DNA of 64,000 bases from Bacillota bacterium (lineage in GTDB: Bacteria > Bacillota > Bacilli > Bu12), in assembly GCA_014896485.1 (NCBI GenBank), contig JADBKH010000002.1, positions 11,327 to 75,326 of the forward strand, written 5' to 3'. Within the stretch, counting starts at the first letter, position 1, and every line of letters starts with the position of its first letter. Below the pieces are notes generated by a model. The model was not told the origin of the DNA and ran no database searches. It was given only the letters and a program-made list of their open reading frames with translations. The position numbers and the translations under genes were made by a program. Shown one piece after another: positions 37,545 through 46,100 of this stretch.

Positions 37545-38634
37545 CCAGGAAGTCATCTTCGATGCGCACGCCAAAACGCCCAGGGAGATAGATCCCTGGT
37601 TCGACTGTCACGACATCCCCCGCTTGCAGGGGATCCGCATTTCCCGCCACCAAGTAGGGAGGTTCATGAATGTCAATCCCCAAGCCGTGGCCCAATCGGT
37701 GTGTAAAAGCTTCTCCAAAACCCGCCTGCACAATCACTTGCCGGGCAATGCGATCGACGTGTTCACCGCTGATTCCTGCACGCAATGCGGCTCTGCCGGC
37801 TTGCTGCGCAGCTCGTACAGTCTCGTAGACCTGCCGTTGTAGGGCATCCGCTTCACCGACAAAGACCGTCCGCGTGATATCTGAGGCATATCCCTTGTAG
37901 AGAGCGCCGATATCCAAAACGACGGCATCCCCTGCCTGCGCGACCCGTTCGCCCGTTTCGCCGTGAGGCAAGGCTGCATCTGGACCAAAGAGGACGGTCG
38001 TCGCAAACGAGGGACCTTCTGCGCCTGCGTCGATCATCGCCACCTCAATCACGTGCGCGATGAAACGTTCGGTAACGCCTGGCTTGAGTGCGGCAATGCC
38101 TGCTGCAATACCCTGATCGGCGATTCGTGCCGCTTCCTGGATGCGCGCCACCTCCGCCGCCTCCTTGCTGCGCCGCAGCGTGGTGATCAGCGGGGTTACA
38201 TCCGCAGCAACAACCTGGCTCAGCCGGGCTTGTAAGGCTTCCCAATTTGCCAGGGTAAAAAGGTGTTTTTCGACGCCCAAAACCCTCAGGCCAGAGGCAT
38301 GCAGCCATTGTGCTACCAATTGCCAGGGATTTTCTCCATCTGCCACCGCAAGGATCTCGGCCACACCTGTGGTTTTGGCATGTTCAGCTTCTAGGGTGGG
38401 AACCAAGAGCGCTTCGCGACCACTTGCCTCTAGGAGCAGGGCAATCGTGCGTTCGTAGGCATGTGGCCGCCATCCAGTCAGGTAAAAGAGATTTGCGGGG
38501 GCAAGCACGACAGCCCCTTGTATGGCCGCACGTTGCAGGGCAGCTGACAACTTCTTCCGACGTGATGCGTATTGAATGAATAACGTAATTGCAAAAACTC
38601 CTCTACGGACGATAGTGCCCGTATTTTCGCGCAT
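37495..38634 (-). CDS. M24-family Xaa-Pro dipeptidase/aminopeptidase
   Basis: Creatinase-like N-domain plus the pita-bread fold: VVLDIGALYKGYASDITRT, HRLGHGLGIDIHEPP, EPGIY, RIEDD. The start is uncertain because the RBS at 38634 is poor. The 3' end overlaps mpg by 50 nt. Confidence 0.85.
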   Translation of the reverse strand: MRENTGTIVRRGVFAITLFIQYASRRKKLSAALQRAAIQGAVVLAPANLFYLTGWRPHAYERTIALLLEASGREALLVPTLEAEHAKTTGVAEILAVADGENPWQLVAQWLHASGLRVLGVEKHLFTLANWEALQARLSQVVAADVTPLITTLRRSKEAAEVARIQEAARIADQGIAAGIAALKPGVTERFIAHVIEVAMIDAGAEGPSFATTVLFGPDAALPHGETGERVAQAGDAVVLDIGALYKGYASDITRTVFVGEADALQRQVYETVRAAQQAGRAALRAGISGEHVDRIARQVIVQAGFGEAFTHRLGHGLGIDIHEPPYLVAGNADPLQAGDVVTVEPGIYLPGRFGVRIEDDFLVTETGAQVLTQAPYWH

Positions 38635-38735
38635 TTCGTAGAAAAGTGCAAAGAGGTTAACAGAAATTCACATGAAATCCGTTTTTTTGTTCTACCCAAA
38701 ATTGTTACACTGTTCCAGAGGCAGGAGGTGTTCGC

Positions 38736-39416
38736 ATGAACGTGCTCCTTCTGGGGACCCCTTCCCAAGTGGGACCGTACTTTACCAACGCAATGCGTGC
38801 CGAAGAGATGCACGTCATTCAGCCGGATGAGGTGGCGGAAGGCGTGCGCATGGTCCAGGAAACACCACCAGAAATTGTTATTGCTGCAACGTTGCAACCT
38901 GAACCGGACGGATTTGCCGTCTGCCGCCGGTTACGCCGCGCAGGCATCGATGTGCCAGTGCTGATCCTGACCACACTGCCCGATACGATCAGCCGCCGCC
39001 GCACCAAGCGCGTTGCCGGGAACGCCTATTTGCAATTGCCTTGTACGGCAGAACAATTCATCGAGGCTGTTCTCCTCACTGCCACCAACGGCAAAACCTC
39101 CTGGCAAGTCGGGGAGCTGACCGTCGACATTGCACGCCACCGCGTCTACAACCAGAGTGAAGCGGTTGCCTTGGCGGCCACAGAGTTCGCGCTGCTCGCA
39201 TACATGGTACGGCACACCGGCCAGGTTCTCTCACGCGAACAGTTGTTACGCCGAGTTTGGGGCGAAGAGACGACGACGGAGACCAAAGAAGTCGATGTTT
39301 ATGTGCATTACCTGCGGCAAAAATTGGGCCAATCCAAGCAGAATAATTTCTTGCAGAGCGTACGTGGCAAGGGCTATCGTCTGTTGCCGCTGCGTTCGTT
39401 GACCGTAACCGGGTAA
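38736..39416 (+). CDS. Atypical OmpR/PhoB-family response regulator with a degenerate, probably phosphorylation-independent receiver
   Basis: The C-terminal winged helix is canonical (TEFALLAYMVRHTGQVLSREQLL..VW...VDVYVHYLRQKL...VRGKGYRL). The receiver lacks the acidic pocket (VLLLGTP instead of DD), the phospho-acceptor Asp (IVIAATLQPEPDG) and the conserved Lys (AYLQLPC). Confidence 0.8.
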   Translation: MNVLLLGTPSQVGPYFTNAMRAEEMHVIQPDEVAEGVRMVQETPPEIVIAATLQPEPDGFAVCRRLRRAGIDVPVLILTTLPDTISRRRTKRVAGNAYLQLPCTAEQFIEAVLLTATNGKTSWQVGELTVDIARHRVYNQSEAVALAATEFALLAYMVRHTGQVLSREQLLRRVWGEETTTETKEVDVYVHYLRQKLGQSKQNNFLQSVRGKGYRLLPLRSLTVTG

Positions 39417-40318
39417 TCCTGGGACCAATCGATGGCATGCCACGGCAGCCCAGCAACGCCGATACACGTGTCAGCTGCCCCGTAATAGACCAGCAGCCGA
39501 TCCGGTAGGGCCGCGGCGCCGCAAGAAAAGACGACATTTGGCACGAGTCCCTGACACTCCCACGGGAGCCTGGGGAAAAAGATCGGGCGGTCGAGACGCA
39601 CCAACACTCGACCCGGGTCTTCTTTATCAAGCAATGCAGCTCCAAGGCGATAGACCCGCTGCCGATCGACGGCATGATAAAGGAGCAACCACCCTTCTGG
39701 CAATGGAAGGGGTGGACCTGCAATGCCGATACGGACCGATTCCCATCCTTCTCCACGCGGCGTCATCACCATGCGGTGATGCTCCCAATGAAGGCCATCC
39801 GACGAGTCACAGATCCAAATCGAAGGCTCGCGGCGATGAAAAAGGTAGTACCGACCGCCAATACGGGCCGGCAGCAGTGCACCGTCCTTGTTCGTCTCAT
39901 CGAGCAGGATGCGCCGGTGCTCCCAGTGCAGCAGATCGACGGAATCGGCAATTGCCAATCGCCAGTCTCCTGGTCCGCGCCCTCCAAAAGCCGTATAGAC
40001 CATGTAGAAACGCCCGTCCAAAAAGGTCACCCGTGGATCTTCAACCCCGCGGGCCTCTTGTGGCAGCACGCCTTCAAAGACAGGGGCATCGCTTCGGGTG
40101 AAGTGGATCCCGTCTGTACTGCTCGCATAGCCGATGCAGGAACGATAGGCTGTCGGATGGCCGTACTCCGTAAAAGGCAGGTCGGCTGCCCGATACAACA
40201 GGACAATCCGATCCTCTTGTTGTGCAACGCCGGGATTGAATACAGCGGCTGCTTCCCACGGATGTTGGGGTCGTGGGCCGAGGATGGGCCGTTCACAGAG
40301 CCTTACCAGGTGAAACAT
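39374..40318 (-). CDS. GH130-family glycoside phosphorylase/hydrolase (DUF377 beta-propeller)
   Basis: PWEAAAVFNPG, GVEDPRVT, GRFYMVYTAF, NKDGALLP, YYLFHR, YYGAADT. ATG at 40318 follows CAGGGGGAA. Confidence 0.85.
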   Translation of the reverse strand: MFHLVRLCERPILGPRPQHPWEAAAVFNPGVAQQEDRIVLLYRAADLPFTEYGHPTAYRSCIGYASSTDGIHFTRSDAPVFEGVLPQEARGVEDPRVTFLDGRFYMVYTAFGGRGPGDWRLAIADSVDLLHWEHRRILLDETNKDGALLPARIGGRYYLFHRREPSIWICDSSDGLHWEHHRMVMTPRGEGWESVRIGIAGPPLPLPEGWLLLYHAVDRQRVYRLGAALLDKEDPGRVLVRLDRPIFFPRLPWECQGLVPNVVFSCGAAALPDRLLVYYGAADTCIGVAGLPWHAIDWSQDYPVTVNERSGNRR

Positions 40319-40391
40319 GACCATTCCCCCTGCTGCCAACCTGTGCAGCCAGCGGAAAAAGGTGCCTGACCACCTCTCGATCTATTTCGAT

Positions 40392-40420
40392 TCTGTAAAA
40401 CTTCTGTAACCGGTCTGTAA
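40392..40420. repeat. Three direct TCTGTAA repeats with exact 11-bp phasing (minus-strand reading: ATTACA / GTTACA / TTTACA)
   Basis: The copies lie at 40392..40398, 40403..40409 and 40414..40420, in the GH130/LCP divergent intergenic region. Confidence 0.9.
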
Positions 40421-40470
40421 TGAAACAGGGGTACGCTACATCGTGAACCCCCTTTTCCAGAAAAGTGATT

Positions 40471-40497
40471 GAGCGCACTACGGTGCGCTCCTTTTTG
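40471..40497 (+). terminator. Canonical intrinsic-terminator-like hairpin on the plus strand inside the GH130/LCP intergenic region
   Basis: GAGCGCAC-UACG-GUGCGCUC (8-bp GC-rich stem, UNCG tetraloop) followed by CUUUUUG. No annotated plus-strand gene ends here. Confidence 0.6.
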
Positions 40498-40639
40498 CTG
40501 TCGACAAGCATCTCCTTCCAGAAAAAGCGTTGGCCATTGTGGGACAGATGCGCTAGGATAGAGTGAATTCTCACAGATTCGACACGATTTTGCATCTTTT
40601 GCCGGATAGGCTCGACCGTTGACGCGTAGGAGGAAAACC

Positions 40640-41965
40640 ATGTCCACGCTGCCGCCACGCAGCCAACATCATCAACACTTCTGGTCCTTTCCGTGGCACT
40701 GGCCACAGATCCTCATTGTCGCTTTGGTCGCTGTCTTTGCCACAGCGGCAGGGGCAGCAGGGTTGGTGTTCAGCAAACTCAACCAGACCCTAGGCACCTC
40801 GCAACATCATGCCAGCGTTGGGGATGTCGTCGGCAGTGCTTTTGCACAGGCAAAGCCGCAACAAACTTTTCTGCTGATGGGCACCGATCGCGCCAGTTCC
40901 GGCTTTGGAACCACTTATCTGCAAGGGGGACGTAGCGATACCCTGATCTTGGCCAAGCTCGACTTGCCCACCAAGACCGTCACACTCGTCACGATCCCAC
41001 GCGATACCGCCGTCGTGCTCGATGGACATGGGCTGCAAAAGATCAACGCGGCCGCTTTGCTGGGCGGTCCCACGTACGCGGTGCAGACCGTCCAGCGGCT
41101 GACCGGTGTCACAGCAGATCATTATGTAGAAGTCGACTTCAATGGCTTTGAAAACGTGATCGACGCGATGGGGGGCATCGATATTCGCGTCGATCATGCG
41201 CTCATCGACGATCGCACCGGAAAAACCGCCTTTCAGCCCGGAGTGCACCATATGGACGGCAAAACCGCCCTTGCCTATGTCCGCTTTCGGCATGACAAGG
41301 ACAGTGATGAAGGACGAGCCTTACGTCAACGCGAGTTTCTCGAAGTCGTCGCGCAAAAGGTGCTCTCCCCCACTGGATTGGTTCACCTGCCCCAGTTACT
41401 GGATGTAGCCCAGCAGAACATGACCACAGACGCTACACTCAGCGATTTGCTTCCCCTCGCCCGTCAAATCGGGTCGGCCAGCGCGCTTCAATTCGTGCAA
41501 AAGAGTATCCCGGGCGTCAATGCGTATATCGACCAGATTTGGTATTTTTTGGTCGACGTTCCGAAGACCCAAGCGCTCTTTGATGCGCTTTACCCTGGCC
41601 CGGCGCATACCGTCGATCCAACCCTCGTTCCACCGCAGTGGCGGGCATCTGCTGCAACGCAGCAAGAAATGGCGGGCCCTGGAAACGGAGAAATACAGAC
41701 CAACGCCCCTGCCGCCGAGACAGGTGCAAGCGTCCCCACCCCACCGTCCCATTCCAACCCAACACAACCTCGCACACCGGCAACCGCTCTCCCACTGGTT
41801 CAAAGCATCCCTGTGTCGCAGCAAGCTGCATCAAGCCCAGCCCTACAGACGGGGAAGAAGCCCATTGTGCAACAGGTGCAACCCCCTCTTCCCCAACAGG
41901 TCGCGCCCCCACCTCTTCCTATCCCCCCTGCTCCTGCTGGGCAGCAGTCGCTGAGTTCCCCTTGA
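40640..41965 (+). CDS. LytR-CpsA-Psr (LCP) family cell-wall polymer ligase with a ~110-aa P/Q-rich C-terminal tail
   Basis: N-terminal TM. FLLMGTDRA...GRSDTLILAKLD...TLVTIPRDT...KINAA...TADHYVEVDF. ATG at 40640 follows AGGAGGAAAACC. Confidence 0.88.
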   Translation: MSTLPPRSQHHQHFWSFPWHWPQILIVALVAVFATAAGAAGLVFSKLNQTLGTSQHHASVGDVVGSAFAQAKPQQTFLLMGTDRASSGFGTTYLQGGRSDTLILAKLDLPTKTVTLVTIPRDTAVVLDGHGLQKINAAALLGGPTYAVQTVQRLTGVTADHYVEVDFNGFENVIDAMGGIDIRVDHALIDDRTGKTAFQPGVHHMDGKTALAYVRFRHDKDSDEGRALRQREFLEVVAQKVLSPTGLVHLPQLLDVAQQNMTTDATLSDLLPLARQIGSASALQFVQKSIPGVNAYIDQIWYFLVDVPKTQALFDALYPGPAHTVDPTLVPPQWRASAATQQEMAGPGNGEIQTNAPAAETGASVPTPPSHSNPTQPRTPATALPLVQSIPVSQQAASSPALQTGKKPIVQQVQPPLPQQVAPPPLPIPPAPAGQQSLSSP

Positions 41966-41977
41966 TCGGCCAAGCAA

Positions 41978-43570
41978 CTAGAGTGCCAAGGGCCCGGACG
42001 TGACATCCACCGTGATTACAGTCGGTTTTGTGGCCTGAAAAGCCTGAGACAGTGCAGCATCCAGAGTCGCTGCGGAGTCGGCAAAGACGGCGTCGGCGCC
42101 ATACGCCTTGGCCAGTCCAACGATATCGATACCGGGGAGATCAAGCCCCGGGATCTCGCCGGGTTGGCCTTGATAGAGCATGGCCGCAAAGCCCTTGAGG
42201 ATGTTGTATTCGGCATTACGCAGCACGAGCACGACGATCGGCAGCTGTTGCTGTGCAGCGGTATAGAGGGCCTGCACGGTATACTGCAGCGAACCATCGC
42301 CGACCACTGCTACCACTGGACGGGTTAGATCGGCCAATTTGATCCCGATCGCTGCTGGCACGCCGAATCCCAGACCACCGCTGGCCGCAGTATAGTAACT
42401 GCCAGGTTGATGGGGTCTTAGGTAACGTGCAAAGACGGCGCTGTTAGAGATCGCCTCATCGACCATCACGCACCCCTCGGGCATTGCCTCGGCCAAGCGC
42501 TGTGCCACAAAGGCAGGATCAAACGGCGCACCTGGCTGTGGCTGGGAGACAGCGGGTGGCGGTTCGACTGCCACACGGATCGAGGGACGCTGGGAGACCG
42601 CTTCGCCCAATACAGCCAAACCCGCCTTGATGTCACCGAGCACAGCGCGTCCGCCGACCGCTGTAGCAATGGCATGCGGATCGTCGGTCAGCAGGAGCAA
42701 CTGCGTCTTAGGAGGCAGCACGGGACCGGGAAGATAGGGATAGTAGCGAAAGACGGGGGCGCCTGCTGCCAAGACAACATCATAGGAAGCCAATTGTTGG
42801 GAGACAGCAGCCATCGCTGGTGCAAGGCTTCCCTTGTATTGCGGGTGATTGCGCGGAAAGCCGTTTCGCGCACCTACGGCATCGGAAAAAACATCGGCGC
42901 CGAGTCGTTCGGCCAGGGCGACTGCTTCCTGCCAAGCCCTGCTCCGATCGACCCCTGACCCGAAGACCAATGCCGGGTGTGCACTTGCGTTGAGAGCGGC
43001 TGCAAACGCCTCCACGGCCTCTGGAGCGGGATGGGGAGTTAGCACAACATCGCGATGGCCCACAGGGGTCGCCGGCTGATCCCAAAAATCCATCGGTATT
43101 GCCAGGAAGACCGGCCCCTGGGGCGGTGTCATCGCCGTCAACCAAGCCCGCTCAAACAGGAAGGGCAGCTCATCCGCACAGACCGCTTGAAACGCCTCCT
43201 TGACATAAGGCCTGGCGATACCTACCAGATCACCCGAAAGCAGCGGATCATAGCGGAGTTGCCGGGTATCCTGTTGCCCAGCGGTCACGATCAACGGACT
43301 GCGGTTCTCATAGGCGGTGACAAGCTGTCCCACTGCGTTGCCCAAGCCGGGAGCTGTATGGAGGTTGACCAACGCCGCACACCCCGAAGCCTGGGCATAG
43401 GCGTCGGCCATCGCCACCACACTCGCCTCTTGCAACGCCAAGACATATCGCATCTGTTTGGGAAACGCATACAAGAAGGGCAGCTCCGTCGATCCAGGAT
43501 TGCCAAAAACCGTTGTCATTCCCGCTTCGCGCATCCATTGAAAAACCGCTTCCCGTGCATTCATGTTCAC
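41978..43570 (-). CDS. mdlC: Thiamine-diphosphate-dependent benzoylformate decarboxylase-like enzyme
   Basis: Collinear with Pseudomonas MdlC as I recall it: TVFGNPGSTELPFL, YVLALQEA, TAGQQ, GPVFLAIPMDFWD, GGLGFGVPAAIG, GDGSLQY. Confidence 0.8.
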   Translation of the reverse strand: MNMNAREAVFQWMREAGMTTVFGNPGSTELPFLYAFPKQMRYVLALQEASVVAMADAYAQASGCAALVNLHTAPGLGNAVGQLVTAYENRSPLIVTAGQQDTRQLRYDPLLSGDLVGIARPYVKEAFQAVCADELPFLFERAWLTAMTPPQGPVFLAIPMDFWDQPATPVGHRDVVLTPHPAPEAVEAFAAALNASAHPALVFGSGVDRSRAWQEAVALAERLGADVFSDAVGARNGFPRNHPQYKGSLAPAMAAVSQQLASYDVVLAAGAPVFRYYPYLPGPVLPPKTQLLLLTDDPHAIATAVGGRAVLGDIKAGLAVLGEAVSQRPSIRVAVEPPPAVSQPQPGAPFDPAFVAQRLAEAMPEGCVMVDEAISNSAVFARYLRPHQPGSYYTAASGGLGFGVPAAIGIKLADLTRPVVAVVGDGSLQYTVQALYTAAQQQLPIVVLVLRNAEYNILKGFAAMLYQGQPGEIPGLDLPGIDIVGLAKAYGADAVFADSAATLDAALSQAFQATKPTVITVDVTSGPLAL

Positions 43571-44535
43571 CGTCTCCCTTCGACGACCACATCGATCAGC
43601 GGTTGACCCGCAATAAACCGCAAGAGGTTTTTGACGGCCTGTTGGGAGATTCGGGTCGTGGCCTCCGCGGTCACGCCGGCACCATGGGGCGTAAGCAAAA
43701 GATGGGGCAGACGACGCAGCGGCGCATCTGCTGGCAACAGCTCCTCTTCAAAGACATCGATCGCTGCTCCCGCCAACGGCCCCTCCTGTAGTACGATTGC
43801 GAGCGCTTTCTCGTCGATCAACTCGGCACGCGCGGTATTGATGAGAAAAGAACCGGGCTTCATGCGTCGCAGGCGTTCCAAGTCAAAGAGGTGAAAGTTC
43901 TCCGAAGTCAACGGCGTGTGCAGGGTGACGAAATCCGCGGTCTCAACCAGTTGATCCAAACCGACGCGCATCACGCCAAGCGATTCCTCTTTTTCTTTTG
44001 AAAGAGGAACCACATCGTGATAGATCAATCGCAGATCGAAGGGCGCCAGCCGTTTGGCCACTTCCTGGCCAATGCGTCCCATTCCGACGATGCCGACGGT
44101 CTTGCCGGCCACCTCATGGGCCCGCTGCATCCACACCGGCAACGGCCAATCCCCCTGGACCATCGCCAGATGCGCCGCTACCAAGTCACGCGAAAGCGCC
44201 AGCAGCGCCAGAACAGTATGCTCTGCGACAGAGATTGTGTTGGCGCCGGTCACATTCGCTACCCAGATCCCCTGTTCTTTTGCCGCCTGCAAATCTACGT
44301 GATCCACTCCGACACCAGCTACCTGGATCAAACGCAGCTGGGGGGCTTGTTCGAGCATCTCACGTGTGACCGCATAGAAAGTCGTGGACAGAAGCAATGA
44401 CGCATCGGCCAAGTGCTGTCGCGCCGCCTCCGGCGTCTCCGCAAAGACCACCTCGTGTCCCGCAAACGCACGTTGCAGGGCAAGGTTTGGTTCACCCTGA
44501 TCAGCCCCTGGTGGAAGCATGGCCAGCAGTTTCAC
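43567..44535 (-). CDS. D-isomer-specific 2-hydroxyacid dehydrogenase (NAD-binding)
   Basis: GKTVGIVGMGRIGQEVAKRL, HTPLT, RAELID, TPHGAG. The stop overlaps the decarboxylase start by 4 nt. Confidence 0.88.
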   Translation of the reverse strand: MKLLAMLPPGADQGEPNLALQRAFAGHEVVFAETPEAARQHLADASLLLSTTFYAVTREMLEQAPQLRLIQVAGVGVDHVDLQAAKEQGIWVANVTGANTISVAEHTVLALLALSRDLVAAHLAMVQGDWPLPVWMQRAHEVAGKTVGIVGMGRIGQEVAKRLAPFDLRLIYHDVVPLSKEKEESLGVMRVGLDQLVETADFVTLHTPLTSENFHLFDLERLRRMKPGSFLINTARAELIDEKALAIVLQEGPLAGAAIDVFEEELLPADAPLRRLPHLLLTPHGAGVTAEATTRISQQAVKNLLRFIAGQPLIDVVVEGRR

Positions 44536-44557
44536 ATCAAAAACCCCCTCTTACCGC

Positions 44558-44977
44558 TCAGAGGAGAAAAGAGATGCCGTAGGACGAGGCGATCAGGCCG
44601 CCCCCCGATACGAGTGTGGAGAGATCGAGGGCAAAAGCCGGGTCGACCACAATGCGATCGGCGGAACGGCCGATATGGCGCGGAAACAGGATCTGTCGAT
44701 TGATGATGAAATAAGCAGCAACCAGCACGATGCCGACCACGAAGGACCAGTTGGCTAACCCGAACACAAAACCTTGTGGATTCCGCCAGACCAACGCCAA
44801 AAGTGCCGAAGCGGCCCATCCACCCGCAAAGACCATCCCCGCCGTTTTAGGGGGTAGTGTGCGCATCTTCTTGCGGCGCTGCGCCAGCTGCTCTGGGGTC
44901 AGTGTCGGTGCCGGCTCTCCCTGTGGACGTTCCTCCTGCCCGCGGATCCCGCGTCCTCCCCTTCCCAGGTCAGTCAA
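44558..44977 (-). CDS. Small membrane protein of unknown function (basic N-tail, 2 TM)
   Basis: Coding potential rests on position within the operon and two clear hydrophobic helices. No recognisable motif. TTG start follows GAAGGGGA. Confidence 0.45.
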   Translation of the reverse strand: MTDLGRGGRGIRGQEERPQGEPAPTLTPEQLAQRRKKMRTLPPKTAGMVFAGGWAASALLALVWRNPQGFVFGLANWSFVVGIVLVAAYFIINRQILFPRHIGRSADRIVVDPAFALDLSTLVSGGGLIASSYGISFLL

Positions 44978-45056
44978 CCGTCAGCATCCCCTTCTTGCTC
45001 TATCGACGTGTGTAGTATAACGCTTTTCGCTCGTAAATCCGTTGTTTCCCCTGCCG

Positions 45057-46031
45057 TCATGCGGCAGTTGAACGAGCAGCATGAAGGTGACAGGCAACCT
45101 GCCGTTGCGGGGCAACCTCTATCAGAGGAGGATCGACCTGACTGCAGATGTCCATCGCAAACGGACAGCGCGTACGAAAGCGGCACCCACTGGGCAAATC
45201 GATCGGACTGGGCACCTCCCCCTGTACCACCACGCGCGGGCGGGTGCGCGTCACCTTGGGATCGGGCAGGGGTGCGGCAGAGAGCAACGCCTGGGTATAG
45301 GGATGCAGCGGCTCGCTATAAAGCTGGTCAGTCGGAGCGATCTCGACCAATGCCCCCAGGTACATCACCCCGACATGGGTGGAGATATGCTTGACCATCG
45401 ACAGATCGTGTGCAATGAAAAGATAGGTCAGCCCCATCTCCTGCTGCAGGCGCTCCAACAAATTGACGATCTGGGCCTGAATGGAGACATCCAGTGCGGA
45501 GATCGGCTCATCGGCCACAATCAGCTCTGGCTGCACAGCCAAAGCACGGGCGATGCCAATGCGCTGTCGCTGCCCTCCTGAAAACTCATGTGGAAAGCGA
45601 CTCGCATGCTCCGGATTGAGTCCCACCGCCCGAAGCAACGCTTGTACGCGTTCCTGTCGCTCTTTTGGGGTACCCATGTGGTGAATCTGCATCCCTTCGG
45701 CAATGGTGTCTCCCACCGTCATCCGCGGGTCGAGCGAGGCCAACGGATCTTGAAAGATCATCTGCACCCGCCGGCGAAACCGGCGCAAGGCGCTGCCGTG
45801 CAAACTGTGAACCTCTTCACCGTCAAACAGTACCCGCCCTGCACTCGGCTGGTAGAGGCGCACGATGGTCCGACCCGTCGTCGACTTCCCACAACCGGAC
45901 TCCCCCACCAAACCAAGTGTTTCGCCCCGTTCAATCGTAAAACTGACACCGTCGACAGCACGCAACTGCCGGCCACCCCGGGCCGGAAAAGTCTTCTTGA
46001 GTTCCTGGACCTCAAGCAGCGGTCTTGCCAC
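45057..46031 (-). CDS. oppF: Oligopeptide/dipeptide ABC transporter ATP-binding protein (OppF-type)
   Basis: [26 protein letters not shown], and the C-terminal oligo_HPY region with Cys motif ([14 protein letters not shown]). Confidence 0.9.
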   Translation of the reverse strand: MARPLLEVQELKKTFPARGGRQLRAVDGVSFTIERGETLGLVGESGCGKSTTGRTIVRLYQPSAGRVLFDGEEVHSLHGSALRRFRRRVQMIFQDPLASLDPRMTVGDTIAEGMQIHHMGTPKERQERVQALLRAVGLNPEHASRFPHEFSGGQRQRIGIARALAVQPELIVADEPISALDVSIQAQIVNLLERLQQEMGLTYLFIAHDLSMVKHISTHVGVMYLGALVEIAPTDQLYSEPLHPYTQALLSAAPLPDPKVTRTRPRVVVQGEVPSPIDLPSGCRFRTRCPFAMDICSQVDPPLIEVAPQRQVACHLHAARSTAA

Positions 46032-46100
46032 CGCGTCTCCTCCCTTGTTGGGTTGCTTTCCAAATCTCCTGGCCTACCCTGTCCCACGCCCAACAATGCC

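Noticed and set aside
40420-40446. 8-codon mini-ORF (MKQGYATS) as a leader peptide
   Set aside because: It has no Shine-Dalgarno and no run of regulatory codons. It is kept only as context for the orphan terminator finding.
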